DNA from: Clostridiales bacterium
GTDB taxonomy: Bacteria; Bacillota; Clostridia; Monoglobales; Monoglobaceae
DNA: 64,000 nucleotides
Assembly: GCA_016303265.1 (NCBI GenBank)
Contig: JAEDLZ010000001.1
Coordinates: 983 to 64,982 of the forward strand
Direction: 5' to 3'
In this document: one piece after another, positions 48,479-57,042 of the stretch
Layout of the letters: each line of letters opens with the position of its first letter
How positions within the stretch are numbered: position 1 is the stretch's first letter
The notes under the pieces: generated by a model
Databases searched by the model: none
Told to the model about the DNA's origin: nothing
Seen by the model: the letters and a program-made list of their open reading frames with translations, nothing else
Position numbers and translations under genes: made by a program

Positions 48479-48973
48479 ATGAAAACACTATATTTAATTG
48501 GCGGAACAATGGGAGTCGGCAAGACAACGGTAAGCCAACAGTTAAAAAAGGATTTAGCTAACAGTGTTTTTCTTGACGGTGATTGGTGTTGGGATGCCAG
48601 TCCGTTCCAAGTGACTGATGAAACCAAAGCAATGGTTTTAGATAATATTTGCTATTTACTGAATAGTTTTCTACACTGCTCCGCCTATGAAAATGTAATT
48701 TTTTGTTGGGTAATGCACGAGCAATCTATTATTGATAACATTATAAACGAACTTGATACAGAAAATTGCACGGTAAAAAAAATCTCACTTACTGCTGATA
48801 AAACAAATCTGCAAAACAGATTAGCTGCAGATGTTGCAGATGGTATCCGTGCTGCCGATGTCATTGACAGAAGCATTGCAAGAATTTTTATGTATGAAAG
48901 GCTTGATACATTAAAAATTGATACAAGCAATAAAACCGTTCGTGAGATTGCGAATGAAATTATAACGCTTTGA
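48479..48973 (+). CDS. P-loop kinase-like ATPase (TmrB/AAA_33-like)
   Basis: MKTLYLIGGTMGVGKTTVSQQL (Walker A). About 165 aa. Start set to ATG 48479. Confidence 0.7.
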   Translation: MKTLYLIGGTMGVGKTTVSQQLKKDLANSVFLDGDWCWDASPFQVTDETKAMVLDNICYLLNSFLHCSAYENVIFCWVMHEQSIIDNIINELDTENCTVKKISLTADKTNLQNRLAADVADGIRAADVIDRSIARIFMYERLDTLKIDTSNKTVREIANEIITL

Positions 48974-49183
48974 TCTCGACAAATTTCGGTTTGTTTGTGC
49001 TGAAGATAAGCAAGACTATAAAATATGAGAAAACAAGGAGAACGTCAATGAAATATAAGGTTATAAATAAGAATTTAATATTCATTTTTCACTCTACCAA
49101 TGGTTGATATCTTCCCATTCAACCATTGGTGTGTGTATTTTGTTTTCATAATTACCTATACTGAAATCGAAAGGAGGCACCTT

Positions 49184-49795
49184 ATGGACCAAATAAAAAT
49201 TGGAAAATTTATTGCTGAGTGCAGAAAAAAATCAAACTTAACACAAATGCAGTTGGCAGAAAAACTGAACATCACCGATAGAGCAGTTTCAAAATGGGAA
49301 ACAGGAAAAGCGATGCCAGATTCTTCAATAATGCTTGAATTGTGTGATATTCTCAAAATCAGTGTCAATGATTTATTATGTGGGAAGGTAGTTACAGTGG
49401 ATAATTACAACAAAGAATTAGAAAACAACTTGATTGAAATGATAAAGCAGAGGGAAGAGGCAGATAAAAGATTACTGTCTTTGGAAATATTTGTCGGTTA
49501 TACGGTATCGGTAATCTTTTTTGTTCTGATATTCGTTGCCTCTTTTGTACAAATGGCAGTTTGGCTGAGAATTTCTCTTATCTTACTCGGTTTTGTTTTG
49601 TTTTTTACAGGTTGTTTCTATGCGGTGCGGATTGAGCAAGTGGCAGGATATTATGAATGTAAAGAATGCGGACACAGATATGTCCCAACATACAAGGCAG
49701 TTAATTTAGCCCCTCATATGGGCAGAACAAGATATATGAGATGCCCACAGTGCAACAAAAAGTTGTGGCAGAAGAAAGTGTTAAGTAAGGAATAA
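49184..49795 (+). CDS. membrane-anchored XRE-family HTH regulator with C-terminal zinc ribbon
   Basis: KKSNLTQMQLAEKLNITDRAVSKWETGKAMP, two TM segments, CKECGH..CPQCNKK. Start set to ATG 49184 behind SD aggagg. Confidence 0.8.
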   Translation: MDQIKIGKFIAECRKKSNLTQMQLAEKLNITDRAVSKWETGKAMPDSSIMLELCDILKISVNDLLCGKVVTVDNYNKELENNLIEMIKQREEADKRLLSLEIFVGYTVSVIFFVLIFVASFVQMAVWLRISLILLGFVLFFTGCFYAVRIEQVAGYYECKECGHRYVPTYKAVNLAPHMGRTRYMRCPQCNKKLWQKKVLSKE

Positions 49796-49946
49796 ACAAA
49801 TCCCGGTTTATAAAACAAAATACTTCAAGGCGGACATTCGTGTTCGTCTTTTTCTGTGCCCGATTTTAGTATGTGGCGGCAATGAACGGCATAACAGAAC
49901 TTGCAAAGCTACTCAAAGAGCGTGAAAACGGTGAATTACTTACCGA

Positions 49947-49992
49947 GGGGCAATCCCTCATTTTTGTAAACCTCAAAGTGAGGGATTGCCCC
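49947..49992. other. perfect 14-bp hairpin
   Basis: ggggcaatccctca-18 nt-tgagggattgcccc. No strong U-run on either strand. Confidence 0.5.
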
Positions 49993-50149
49993 GTTTAATG
50001 CGCTTTTATGCACCTTTTCTGTCAAATTCAGTAAAAGTTTCCGGCTAACATTTAATGCGCAGCCACTTGCTGCTTAAAAATCGTTTTGCCGCAACCCCTT
50101 TATAAACAAAATAATTTTCAAATATCCGAAGGCGTATTAGGCGCAGCGA

Positions 50150-51469
50150 TTATACGGAATGTGATAGAGGCTGAGAAACTTTTGCCTCCTGCTCGGATAG
50201 CTTTTTCAAAGCGTCGAAACGGGAAAATCCGCTCTCTGAGCGAAAAGAGCCGGGCAGGACGGTGGCAGGCTCTTTTCCCTGCGCACCGGGTGGAATAATT
50301 CCCTTAGCCTTTGCGAATTTAAGGGCGGCGTCATATTCGCTTATGTATTTTCCGCCGCATTTGATTTTTTTGATTCGCTCATTCACGATGATATTCTTCG
50401 GGCAAACAAACATTGAGAGCTCATAATTCGTCATTATCTTATCAAGACGCAGGGTGTTGTCGTCAAAAGCGATTGCGTGATTTTTTTCAAGCTCCGCCAG
50501 AGTATCGAAGATTTCGCAGTCCCTGCCAACATCGGCAAAGGGCGATTCCTCAAGCAGCTCGCTGACGGAAACAACCTTGTAGCCGTTTTTATAAAGCAGG
50601 TCAAGCTGGGCTTCAAGAGCATAGGCAACAGGAGTGCGCTTTGCCATATTATAGCCATCCTTCTGAAAGATAATTTGTCCGCAGAAGAAGTCCGGGTCAG
50701 CGTCAAGCTTCTTTTTTATAAGCTGAATCATTGCGTCAACTTCGCTTTTCTGAGCCGCCTCAGAATCATTAAGCGAGGACGGAAGCCAGCCTCCGCCGTC
50801 ATAGGACGCCGCCATATAACCGTAGTTCATAAGCGCATAAGCGTCGTAGCTTGTGAGTCCGCGCCCGATTTTGTCTACATAGTGAGGAGGACGGGAAAGG
50901 GTCATTTCGTAACCGAAATTATCTTTGATATACGAATGAAGCTTTGCCAAATCCTCTGTGACCTCGTCTATTGTGTTAAAATGCTCCCTCGCCCCGTAAA
51001 CAAAGGGCTTTTTGCCGAAAATAATATGGCGGTAGCCGTGATTTGAAAGCTCGTGCCCTTCATCAAGCATACGCTGTATAAGGAACGGCGCATGGACAGC
51101 GCCGCCGCAGTTGTCACGGTTTATGTCGGGGTAATGGTCAAATTTCACGCCGCCCCAGGAAGGACTGCCTGCGCTCCCTGCCTTATCGGGATAGTTTTCC
51201 GAGGTATCACCGATAATATCAAAGGTAACATGAGCGCCATATTTAAGGCAGGCGTCCAGCAAAACTTCAGTCATGGCTTTGCCGCCGAACCCGTCCGGCG
51301 CCGCCGGCAGGTTCATGGGCCCGTCATCAAAAGTCATGGCGCATATGCGATTGTCGGTTTTTATGCGTTCGTAGCGGCGGACATAGGAGACGCGGTGCTC
51401 CTTTTCGCCGATTCCTGCCGCCTTCATAACCTTTTTTACCTTTTTCCCCGCTTTGACAATAATTGACAT
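50150..51469 (-). CDS. polysaccharide deacetylase (NodB homology) family protein with long C-terminal extension
   Basis: MTFDDGP, HGYRH motifs. Start set to ATG 51469 behind SD ggagg. Confidence 0.85.
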   Translation of the reverse strand: MSIIVKAGKKVKKVMKAAGIGEKEHRVSYVRRYERIKTDNRICAMTFDDGPMNLPAAPDGFGGKAMTEVLLDACLKYGAHVTFDIIGDTSENYPDKAGSAGSPSWGGVKFDHYPDINRDNCGGAVHAPFLIQRMLDEGHELSNHGYRHIIFGKKPFVYGAREHFNTIDEVTEDLAKLHSYIKDNFGYEMTLSRPPHYVDKIGRGLTSYDAYALMNYGYMAASYDGGGWLPSSLNDSEAAQKSEVDAMIQLIKKKLDADPDFFCGQIIFQKDGYNMAKRTPVAYALEAQLDLLYKNGYKVVSVSELLEESPFADVGRDCEIFDTLAELEKNHAIAFDDNTLRLDKIMTNYELSMFVCPKNIIVNERIKKIKCGGKYISEYDAALKFAKAKGIIPPGAQGKEPATVLPGSFRSESGFSRFDALKKLSEQEAKVSQPLSHSV

Positions 51470-51703
51470 AATTTTTCCTCCGTAAACCATAAAGATTTGG
51501 TATCGTTTTTTCTTTTGTATAAAAATTGGTATAGCTGTGCAACAGAAAATCTCCTCCGCCTTAAGGCGGATGGAAAATCTTTAAATTCAGCGGAAAAATA
51601 TACCGCCAAGTTAAGGAAAGCGCTCTGCCCGCCAATAGCAAACGGTGAATCGATGCCGCCCCTTTGCCGTCCAAATAATGGCAAAGCTATGCCCTTATTG
51701 GAA

Positions 51704-52462
51704 TCAGAGCTTTTTAAAGTTCTTTTTCTCGTGCCGCAAAATGTCGTAAAGCAGGCATTTTGCCGCAAAAAGTGAAAATTTTAAATATCTTTTAAAGGGC
51801 GCGCTTGTTTTTCGCAGCTTGATAAACTGACTTTTTGCGGTGTTTATCCGTTTTGAAGTGCCATAGGTGAACAAGCTGTTTCCCTTTTTGCCAAGAGCAT
51901 TGCGTATGTTTTCGCAGGTGGGGGCGGTGACCTCGATTTCAACAAAAGAGCCGCCGATTTCACAAGGAATATGAGCGTCGCTCCCTGCAAAGGTCGGCTT
52001 GTCATAAGCCGCTGCGGCGGAGGCAGCAAAGGCGTTTGCGTCTTTAACGAATTGGGCGGCACGGGAGTTAAAAACTTCAATACCGTCCAAATCAGAGGCG
52101 ATTTTTCTCAGCCTGCCGTCAATATCCGTTTTTTTATATCGGTGATTTTCGTAAGGGTGGGCCAGAACTGCCAGCCCGTTTGCGTCCTTTATTCTTTTGA
52201 CCGCTTCGGCAAAATTACGAGTGGGCGCAACGGGTTTTTCGATACAGATTCCCAAGAGATGGCCAAATTCCGTGGAAATCTCGATGCCGGGGAGAAAATA
52301 TATTCCGTCAATTTTTTGTGCGCCGTCATAGGGAATATCATGGTCGCAGACAATGACCCCGTCAATGCCGCATCTTAGGCCGGCGGCGGCAATTTCCGCC
52401 GCAGTCTGGCGGCTGTCCGTACTTTTTTCACTGTGTATATGGGTGTCAATTTTCAGCTTCAT
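51704..52462 (-). CDS. PHP-domain metal-dependent phosphoesterase
   Basis: MKLKIDTHIHSEKSTDS..GVIVCDHD..LAHP..GSDAH. Confidence 0.8.
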   Translation of the reverse strand: MKLKIDTHIHSEKSTDSRQTAAEIAAAGLRCGIDGVIVCDHDIPYDGAQKIDGIYFLPGIEISTEFGHLLGICIEKPVAPTRNFAEAVKRIKDANGLAVLAHPYENHRYKKTDIDGRLRKIASDLDGIEVFNSRAAQFVKDANAFAASAAAAYDKPTFAGSDAHIPCEIGGSFVEIEVTAPTCENIRNALGKKGNSLFTYGTSKRINTAKSQFIKLRKTSAPFKRYLKFSLFAAKCLLYDILRHEKKNFKKL

Positions 52463-52485
52463 ATTGTAAACTTCCTGATTAAGAA

Positions 52486-53643
52486 TTACTTTTTAAGAAT
52501 TTTTAACTTAAGATAATTGCGAAAAGGCTTCGGGTCGGATTTAGAACGGATTCCGTCAACGGCGCGCCCGAATATAATATCTCCAAGCCCGCATATCCCC
52601 TCCGAGAACCGCTTGTGCCGAATCAAATCGGCGACTGCCGCAAGGTCGCTGAGAATAAAGTTCATCCTAACGCCTGCCTTATAGTTTGAAAGAGAATGAG
52701 TCGGAGGAGTGCCGTTTGCGGAGAGAACATAATCCTCGGCAAAGCTTGAGCCTGCCGCATAGGTAAGCGGAAAGCTGCCCCATATGCGGGGGTTGATTTC
52801 CAGAATATACGCATTTTCCGCATGAATATTTCCGTCCGGAGCGGCTTTAACCTTGTATTCAACCATTGCCATACCGCAAAAGTGCATAGCCGCAAGGAGC
52901 TTTTCGGATTTACGGATAAGGATTTCGTCAAAAAAACTTTCACAGCAGGCGCTGGGACCGCCGCTTGCGGGGTATTCGCGGATGCGCCTGTGACAGATTG
53001 CGGACACTGCCCTGCCGTCAATCATAAGAAGAGAAACCCCCACGCCGAAACCCGAAATTTTCTCTTGAACAACGGGGCTGCCGCCGTAAACTTCCATTTT
53101 TTTATATGCACGGGCATATTCGCGCGGATTATTTGCGATAATATACCGCTCGGACGCAGTCAGCCCGAACTTCTCGCCGCATTTAGGCTTAACAATAATG
53201 GGAAATGCATTTTCTCCGGGATTTTCACCGTCTTTATAGATATGGGGCACATTTATGCCAAGCTTTTCTGCAAGGGCGGCAACGCGGCTCTTGTCGTTGG
53301 CAAACTCCAAAGCCTCCGGACAGGGACAGACAAAGCGGCATATTTTTGCGAAACGGCCGCTTCTTTTCGATAAATAAGCAAGAGTTTTTGCACCCACGGG
53401 GAAAAGGGCCGGCATGTCATATTCCTTTATAAGCTTTTCAAGAGCCGCCATATAGGCTTCCTCATCCTCGACGCTTAGGTCAAACAAGACTGTACGATGG
53501 ACGCAGCAAGAGGAAAAGGACGGAATATTTGCGCCCGACTCGCCCTTTGTCTGGGTCAGAACGATGTCATAGCCGCAGGCGGAAAGACTGCGGACTGCGG
53601 CAAGGGACGCCCTGTATTTTGCATCGGTTATAATCACAACCAT
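52486..53643 (-). CDS. ATP-grasp domain protein
   Basis: FPIIVKPKCGEKFG.., ..YILEINPRIWGSFPL... Start set to ATG 53643 behind SD gagaagg. 23-nt gap to the PHP gene. Confidence 0.8.
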   Translation of the reverse strand: MVVIITDAKYRASLAAVRSLSACGYDIVLTQTKGESGANIPSFSSCCVHRTVLFDLSVEDEEAYMAALEKLIKEYDMPALFPVGAKTLAYLSKRSGRFAKICRFVCPCPEALEFANDKSRVAALAEKLGINVPHIYKDGENPGENAFPIIVKPKCGEKFGLTASERYIIANNPREYARAYKKMEVYGGSPVVQEKISGFGVGVSLLMIDGRAVSAICHRRIREYPASGGPSACCESFFDEILIRKSEKLLAAMHFCGMAMVEYKVKAAPDGNIHAENAYILEINPRIWGSFPLTYAAGSSFAEDYVLSANGTPPTHSLSNYKAGVRMNFILSDLAAVADLIRHKRFSEGICGLGDIIFGRAVDGIRSKSDPKPFRNYLKLKILKK

Positions 53644-53841
53644 AAGATACCTTCTCTCTGTAATGATATAATTATACAAATTTTACCCGTTTTTGTCAAG
53701 ATATTCCATTATACCTTGACTTTACGGAGGTTTTTGTGTTTTAAAGGTGAAGGAATATTTAAGCTATGATGTAAAACGGACTTATTGACAGGGTTAAATC
53801 AATATGTTATCATAAGGTAAAAAGGACAGAGGTGGCAGAAA

Positions 53842-54285
53842 ATGAAATTAAGGGTGAACATAAAAAAGCTTAAGAACGGGGCGGCAATGCCGTCTTATGG
53901 GAGTGAATATGCCGCAGGGGCAGACCTTTACGCCTGTCTTGACAGTAATGTTTCAATAAAACCGGGGGAGACTGTTTTGATTCCTACAGGAATTGCCATG
54001 GAACTCCCCCTTGAAACGGTAGGACTTATTTATGCCCGAAGCGGACTTGCAAGCAAAAAGGGTCTTGCCCCTGCCAACAAGGTCGGAGTAATTGACTGCG
54101 ATTATAGGGGAGAGGTAATGGTTGCTTTGCATAATCACGGCGCCGCAGAGCAAACGGTTTCACACGGTGAGCGCATCGCGCAAATGGTGATTGCTCCTTA
54201 TTACACCGCCGTATTTGAGGAGGCGGACGAGCTTTCCGATACGGTCAGAGGTTCGGGCGGATTTGGCTCAACGGGAATGAAATAG
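53842..54285 (+). CDS. dut: dUTP diphosphatase
   Basis: AAGADLYA, GLIYARSGLA, GVIDCDYRGEV, RGSGGFGSTG. Confidence 0.95.
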   Translation: MKLRVNIKKLKNGAAMPSYGSEYAAGADLYACLDSNVSIKPGETVLIPTGIAMELPLETVGLIYARSGLASKKGLAPANKVGVIDCDYRGEVMVALHNHGAAEQTVSHGERIAQMVIAPYYTAVFEEADELSDTVRGSGGFGSTGMK

Positions 54286-54440
54286 CAAGGACTGCGGAAA
54301 ACAAATAAAGTTGTTTTTGCTTATTTTTCGCCGGCAAGCCGTCTATTGTATTATAAGGGCTTTTTTGTATCGGCACTTCGGAATATGATTTGCCGACGGA
54401 AAAAATGTGGAAAAAATACAGCCAAATGGAGTTGTTTTAT

Positions 54441-54863
54441 TTGAAAGATAATGTATTGGTAAGCGGCTGTCTGCTTGGAATAAAGTGCCGTTATGACGGG
54501 AAAAGTAAGGCGTGTTCAAAGGTTATGGCGCTTAAAGAGCGGTATAATCTTATTCCCGTGTGCCCCGAGGTGCTGGGCGGGCTTAAAATTCCGCATCCGC
54601 CGTCAGAGCAAAGGGATGACCGTGTGTATTCGGAAAACGGAGAGGATTTGACGGAGTATTTTGTAAAAGGCGCTGAAAAGGTACTTGAAATTGCAAGAGA
54701 AAATAATTGCGGTTTTGCAATACTGAAGGAGAAAAGTCCCTCCTGCGCAACAGGGAGGATTTATGACGGAACCTTTAGCGGTACTCTTAAGGACGGCTAC
54801 GGGATAACGGCAAAGCTTCTTTTGGAAAACGGAATAAAGGTTATAGGCGAAAGCGAGATTTAA
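54441..54863 (+). CDS. DUF523 family protein (TudS-like)
   Basis: ..VLVSGCLLGIKCRYDG..LIPVCPEVLGGL... Start uncertain: TTG 54441 has SD ggag at 9 nt. The track ORF starts at 54390 and ATG 54426 is also possible. Confidence 0.75.
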   Translation: MKDNVLVSGCLLGIKCRYDGKSKACSKVMALKERYNLIPVCPEVLGGLKIPHPPSEQRDDRVYSENGEDLTEYFVKGAEKVLEIARENNCGFAILKEKSPSCATGRIYDGTFSGTLKDGYGITAKLLLENGIKVIGESEI

Positions 54864-54877
54864 AAAATATAATGTAA

Positions 54878-54909
54878 AAGCTCTCAGTGACATATCCGGC
54901 TGAGAGCTT
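54878..54909. terminator. hairpin terminator at host/prophage border
   Basis: aagctctcag-12 nt-ctgagagctt. Confidence 0.6.
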
Positions 54910-54991
54910 AAGACTGTTTACAGACCGAAAGGGCAGGCGAAGACTGTTTTAGGGAGTTTTAAATATATGTAATGATAAATTTTGTCTGCAT

Positions 54992-55588
54992 TTAATCTTT
55001 AATCCTATTCACCAGTTTATAATATCCCCAGTAAAGGGATGAGCCTTCCTTTTTAGCCTTGTCAAGCTCCGATATAAACCGGTCGTATTCGCTTATTGTA
55101 AAATAGCTGTGATTAAGCTCCCAGGTTATCTCGTCCGCGTTTTTCAGTTCGTGAACATATCCGGGAAAGCCCGACACCGCAACCTCTTTTCCCGAAGTGC
55201 TGTTCCATCGCGCCTTAACGCTTCTTACATCAATGTGAGTGAAGTTTGAGTAAAGCCCGATTCCGCCGCTGTTTTGCAGCAGATACTCCGCGTACTGCGC
55301 AACTTCAAGAGGGGTCACGGAGCTGATAATTATGTCCGCCGCATTGCCCACAGTATGCTGACTGCTTGCCGCCCCTCCCACCGCTTTATTGTATGCCGCC
55401 GTGCGATACCCGGAGGTTACGGTTACGGGCTTATTAAAGTGATTGCGTATTTTCTGCAAAAGCTCCGGCAAATCCGAATTTATAATTACCTTGTCGCTTC
55501 CGTCCTTGCAGGCGAATTCCGATACCGTAAAATTTTCCGAAAGTTTTAAAGAGCCGCTTCCCGATACTGAATATGTTTTCACAGCCAT
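54992..55588 (-). CDS. peptidase M15-type endolysin
   Basis: SENFTVSEFACKDGSDKV..VTSGYRTAAYNKAVGGAASSQHTVGNAADI (H-x6-D / H Zn site pattern of M15A). Confidence 0.8.
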   Translation of the reverse strand: MAVKTYSVSGSGSLKLSENFTVSEFACKDGSDKVIINSDLPELLQKIRNHFNKPVTVTSGYRTAAYNKAVGGAASSQHTVGNAADIIISSVTPLEVAQYAEYLLQNSGGIGLYSNFTHIDVRSVKARWNSTSGKEVAVSGFPGYVHELKNADEITWELNHSYFTISEYDRFISELDKAKKEGSSLYWGYYKLVNRIKD

Positions 55589-55780
55589 CTAATTCCCCTC
55601 CTTATCGTTTGATTTTTTTGTAAAAAAGTATGTCATTACCATGGTAACCACATTTGAAAAAAGGTTAAAAATTTTATCGTTGACGCTCTTTCCCGAAAGA
55701 GTTACAATAATTAAGGTCAAAACCAAACCAATGGTTATAATGGACTTAACATCAATAAGTTTTGCAAGTCTGTTTTTCAT
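55589..55780 (-). CDS. holin-like protein
   Basis: 63 aa. Two hydrophobic segments and a charged C-terminus. Immediately upstream of the endolysin. Confidence 0.6.
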   Translation of the reverse strand: MKNRLAKLIDVKSIITIGLVLTLIIVTLSGKSVNDKIFNLFSNVVTMVMTYFFTKKSNDKEGN

Positions 55781-55782
55781 TT

Positions 55783-56550
55783 TTACTCTTCTCCTTTCAA
55801 AATATTGTATATAATCTGTGCAATTTCTGCCCGTGTGAGAGCCTTATCGGGTGCGAATAAATCCTCGCTTATCCCGTTCATATATCCCTTTTCTGTACAG
55901 TAATTTATAGCATCTTTGCCCCAATGATTGTCGGGCACATCAATAAATCTCTTTGTTCCTCTCTCTGCCATAATAAGTCTGTAAACCTCCTTGATTTTAT
56001 CGTAATCTTTTATTTTAAGGGATTTAATCCCGTCGCTGTCACGGTAAAGATAGCAGTCCCCGTCATAGCCGCAAAGAATAACGGCGTGCCCGTCAATTGA
56101 AGCATACAAGGGCAAATCGTATGTAAGAAGCGCCGCCTTCGCCTTTTCAAATACTTCCTCACGGCTTTTGCCGCTTATTTTCTCATAACCGTAAAACATA
56201 ACCGCGTACTTTTTTGCGCTGTCTGTAAGAGCGGGATTCACCCTGACATAATCGTAAGCGTCCGCCGCCTTGTCAAGCTGCGGATATTCCTCATAAAGGC
56301 AAGAGCCCGCGGAGGAAACCCCCGAAACCGCCTCTTCTTCAAACATACCCTTTCCCGTGCGGTTGCTTTCCCTGCGATACATTCCGTATATGTATGAGGT
56401 GGAAAATTTTAAATCCTCGCCGAAATACTTTCTCGCAAACACATTCATAATGCCGGCAAGAGCAAAGGCGGAGCATTGAGATTCTCCGTTTTCGTCCGTG
56501 TATTGATTATGCGGCGGCGGCAAAACCGATATTGTGTATTTATCTTTCAT
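55783..56550 (-). CDS. papain-like cysteine peptidase with C-terminal SLH domain (second lysin candidate)
   Basis: ESQCSAFALAG (Cys), DGHAVILCGYD (His). C-terminal FIDVPDNHWGKDAINYCTEKGYMNGISEDLFAPDKALTRAEIAQIIYN = SLH motif. Start ATG 56550 behind a G-rich SD. Confidence 0.65.
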   Translation of the reverse strand: MKDKYTISVLPPPHNQYTDENGESQCSAFALAGIMNVFARKYFGEDLKFSTSYIYGMYRRESNRTGKGMFEEEAVSGVSSAGSCLYEEYPQLDKAADAYDYVRVNPALTDSAKKYAVMFYGYEKISGKSREEVFEKAKAALLTYDLPLYASIDGHAVILCGYDGDCYLYRDSDGIKSLKIKDYDKIKEVYRLIMAERGTKRFIDVPDNHWGKDAINYCTEKGYMNGISEDLFAPDKALTRAEIAQIIYNILKGEE

Positions 56551-56563
56551 ATCATCCCCCCCT

Positions 56564-56836
56564 TTAAGCCTCATGAGCCTTTTGATTTAAATGCTTGTCC
56601 AGCTTGTCCTTAACCTTTGGAACATTGTGGTTTGCCCCCAGTTGAATAAGCCCGTCAAGGCAGGCGGAAAGCCCATAGCATATCAAAGCGTTTTCTTCTT
56701 CAATATCCGCTATCTTTTTGTCCTGACGGTTTTGTTTAAGATACCACCGATATGCGGCGAATATGGCGGAAAATATCGCAATAAGTGCCGCCAGAACTCC
56801 GCTTGCTGTGATAATCGTCTGAAAGTTGATGTACAT
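56564..56836 (-). CDS. membrane-anchored phage protein (holin/XhlA-like position)
   Basis: 90 aa. N-terminal TM (IITASGVLAALIAIFSAIFAAY) then a charged helix. Confidence 0.45.
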   Translation of the reverse strand: MYINFQTIITASGVLAALIAIFSAIFAAYRWYLKQNRQDKKIADIEEENALICYGLSACLDGLIQLGANHNVPKVKDKLDKHLNQKAHEA

Positions 56837-57042
56837 TATTGAGCCTCCGTTTCCCCTGTCTGCTCCGTTTCCTCTATAGACTCATTTTTTGCTTTGATTT
56901 TCTCTTGCAGCTCCGCAAGGTCGTCCTCTGTCAGTACGCCCTTTTCGTAATATCCGTTGGCATTAAAAATAATCTGATAGTCAGCCATTTTCCCGACCGC
57001 ATTTTTAAATCCTGTCATTAAAAATTCTCTGTAATTAAACAT
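56836..57042 (-). CDS. XkdX-like small tail-fibre-associated protein
   Basis: 68 aa. ..NANGYYEKGVLTEDDLAELQEKI.. pattern, positioned right after the fibre gene. Confidence 0.45.
   Translation of the reverse strand: MFNYREFLMTGFKNAVGKMADYQIIFNANGYYEKGVLTEDDLAELQEKIKAKNESIEETEQTGETEAQ

Noticed and set aside
49882-49998. 38-codon ORF MNGITELAKLLKERENGELLTEGQSLIFVNLKVRDCPV.
   Set aside because: Its second half is simply the two arms of the 14-bp hairpin. It may be a gene remnant but cannot be supported as a CDS.
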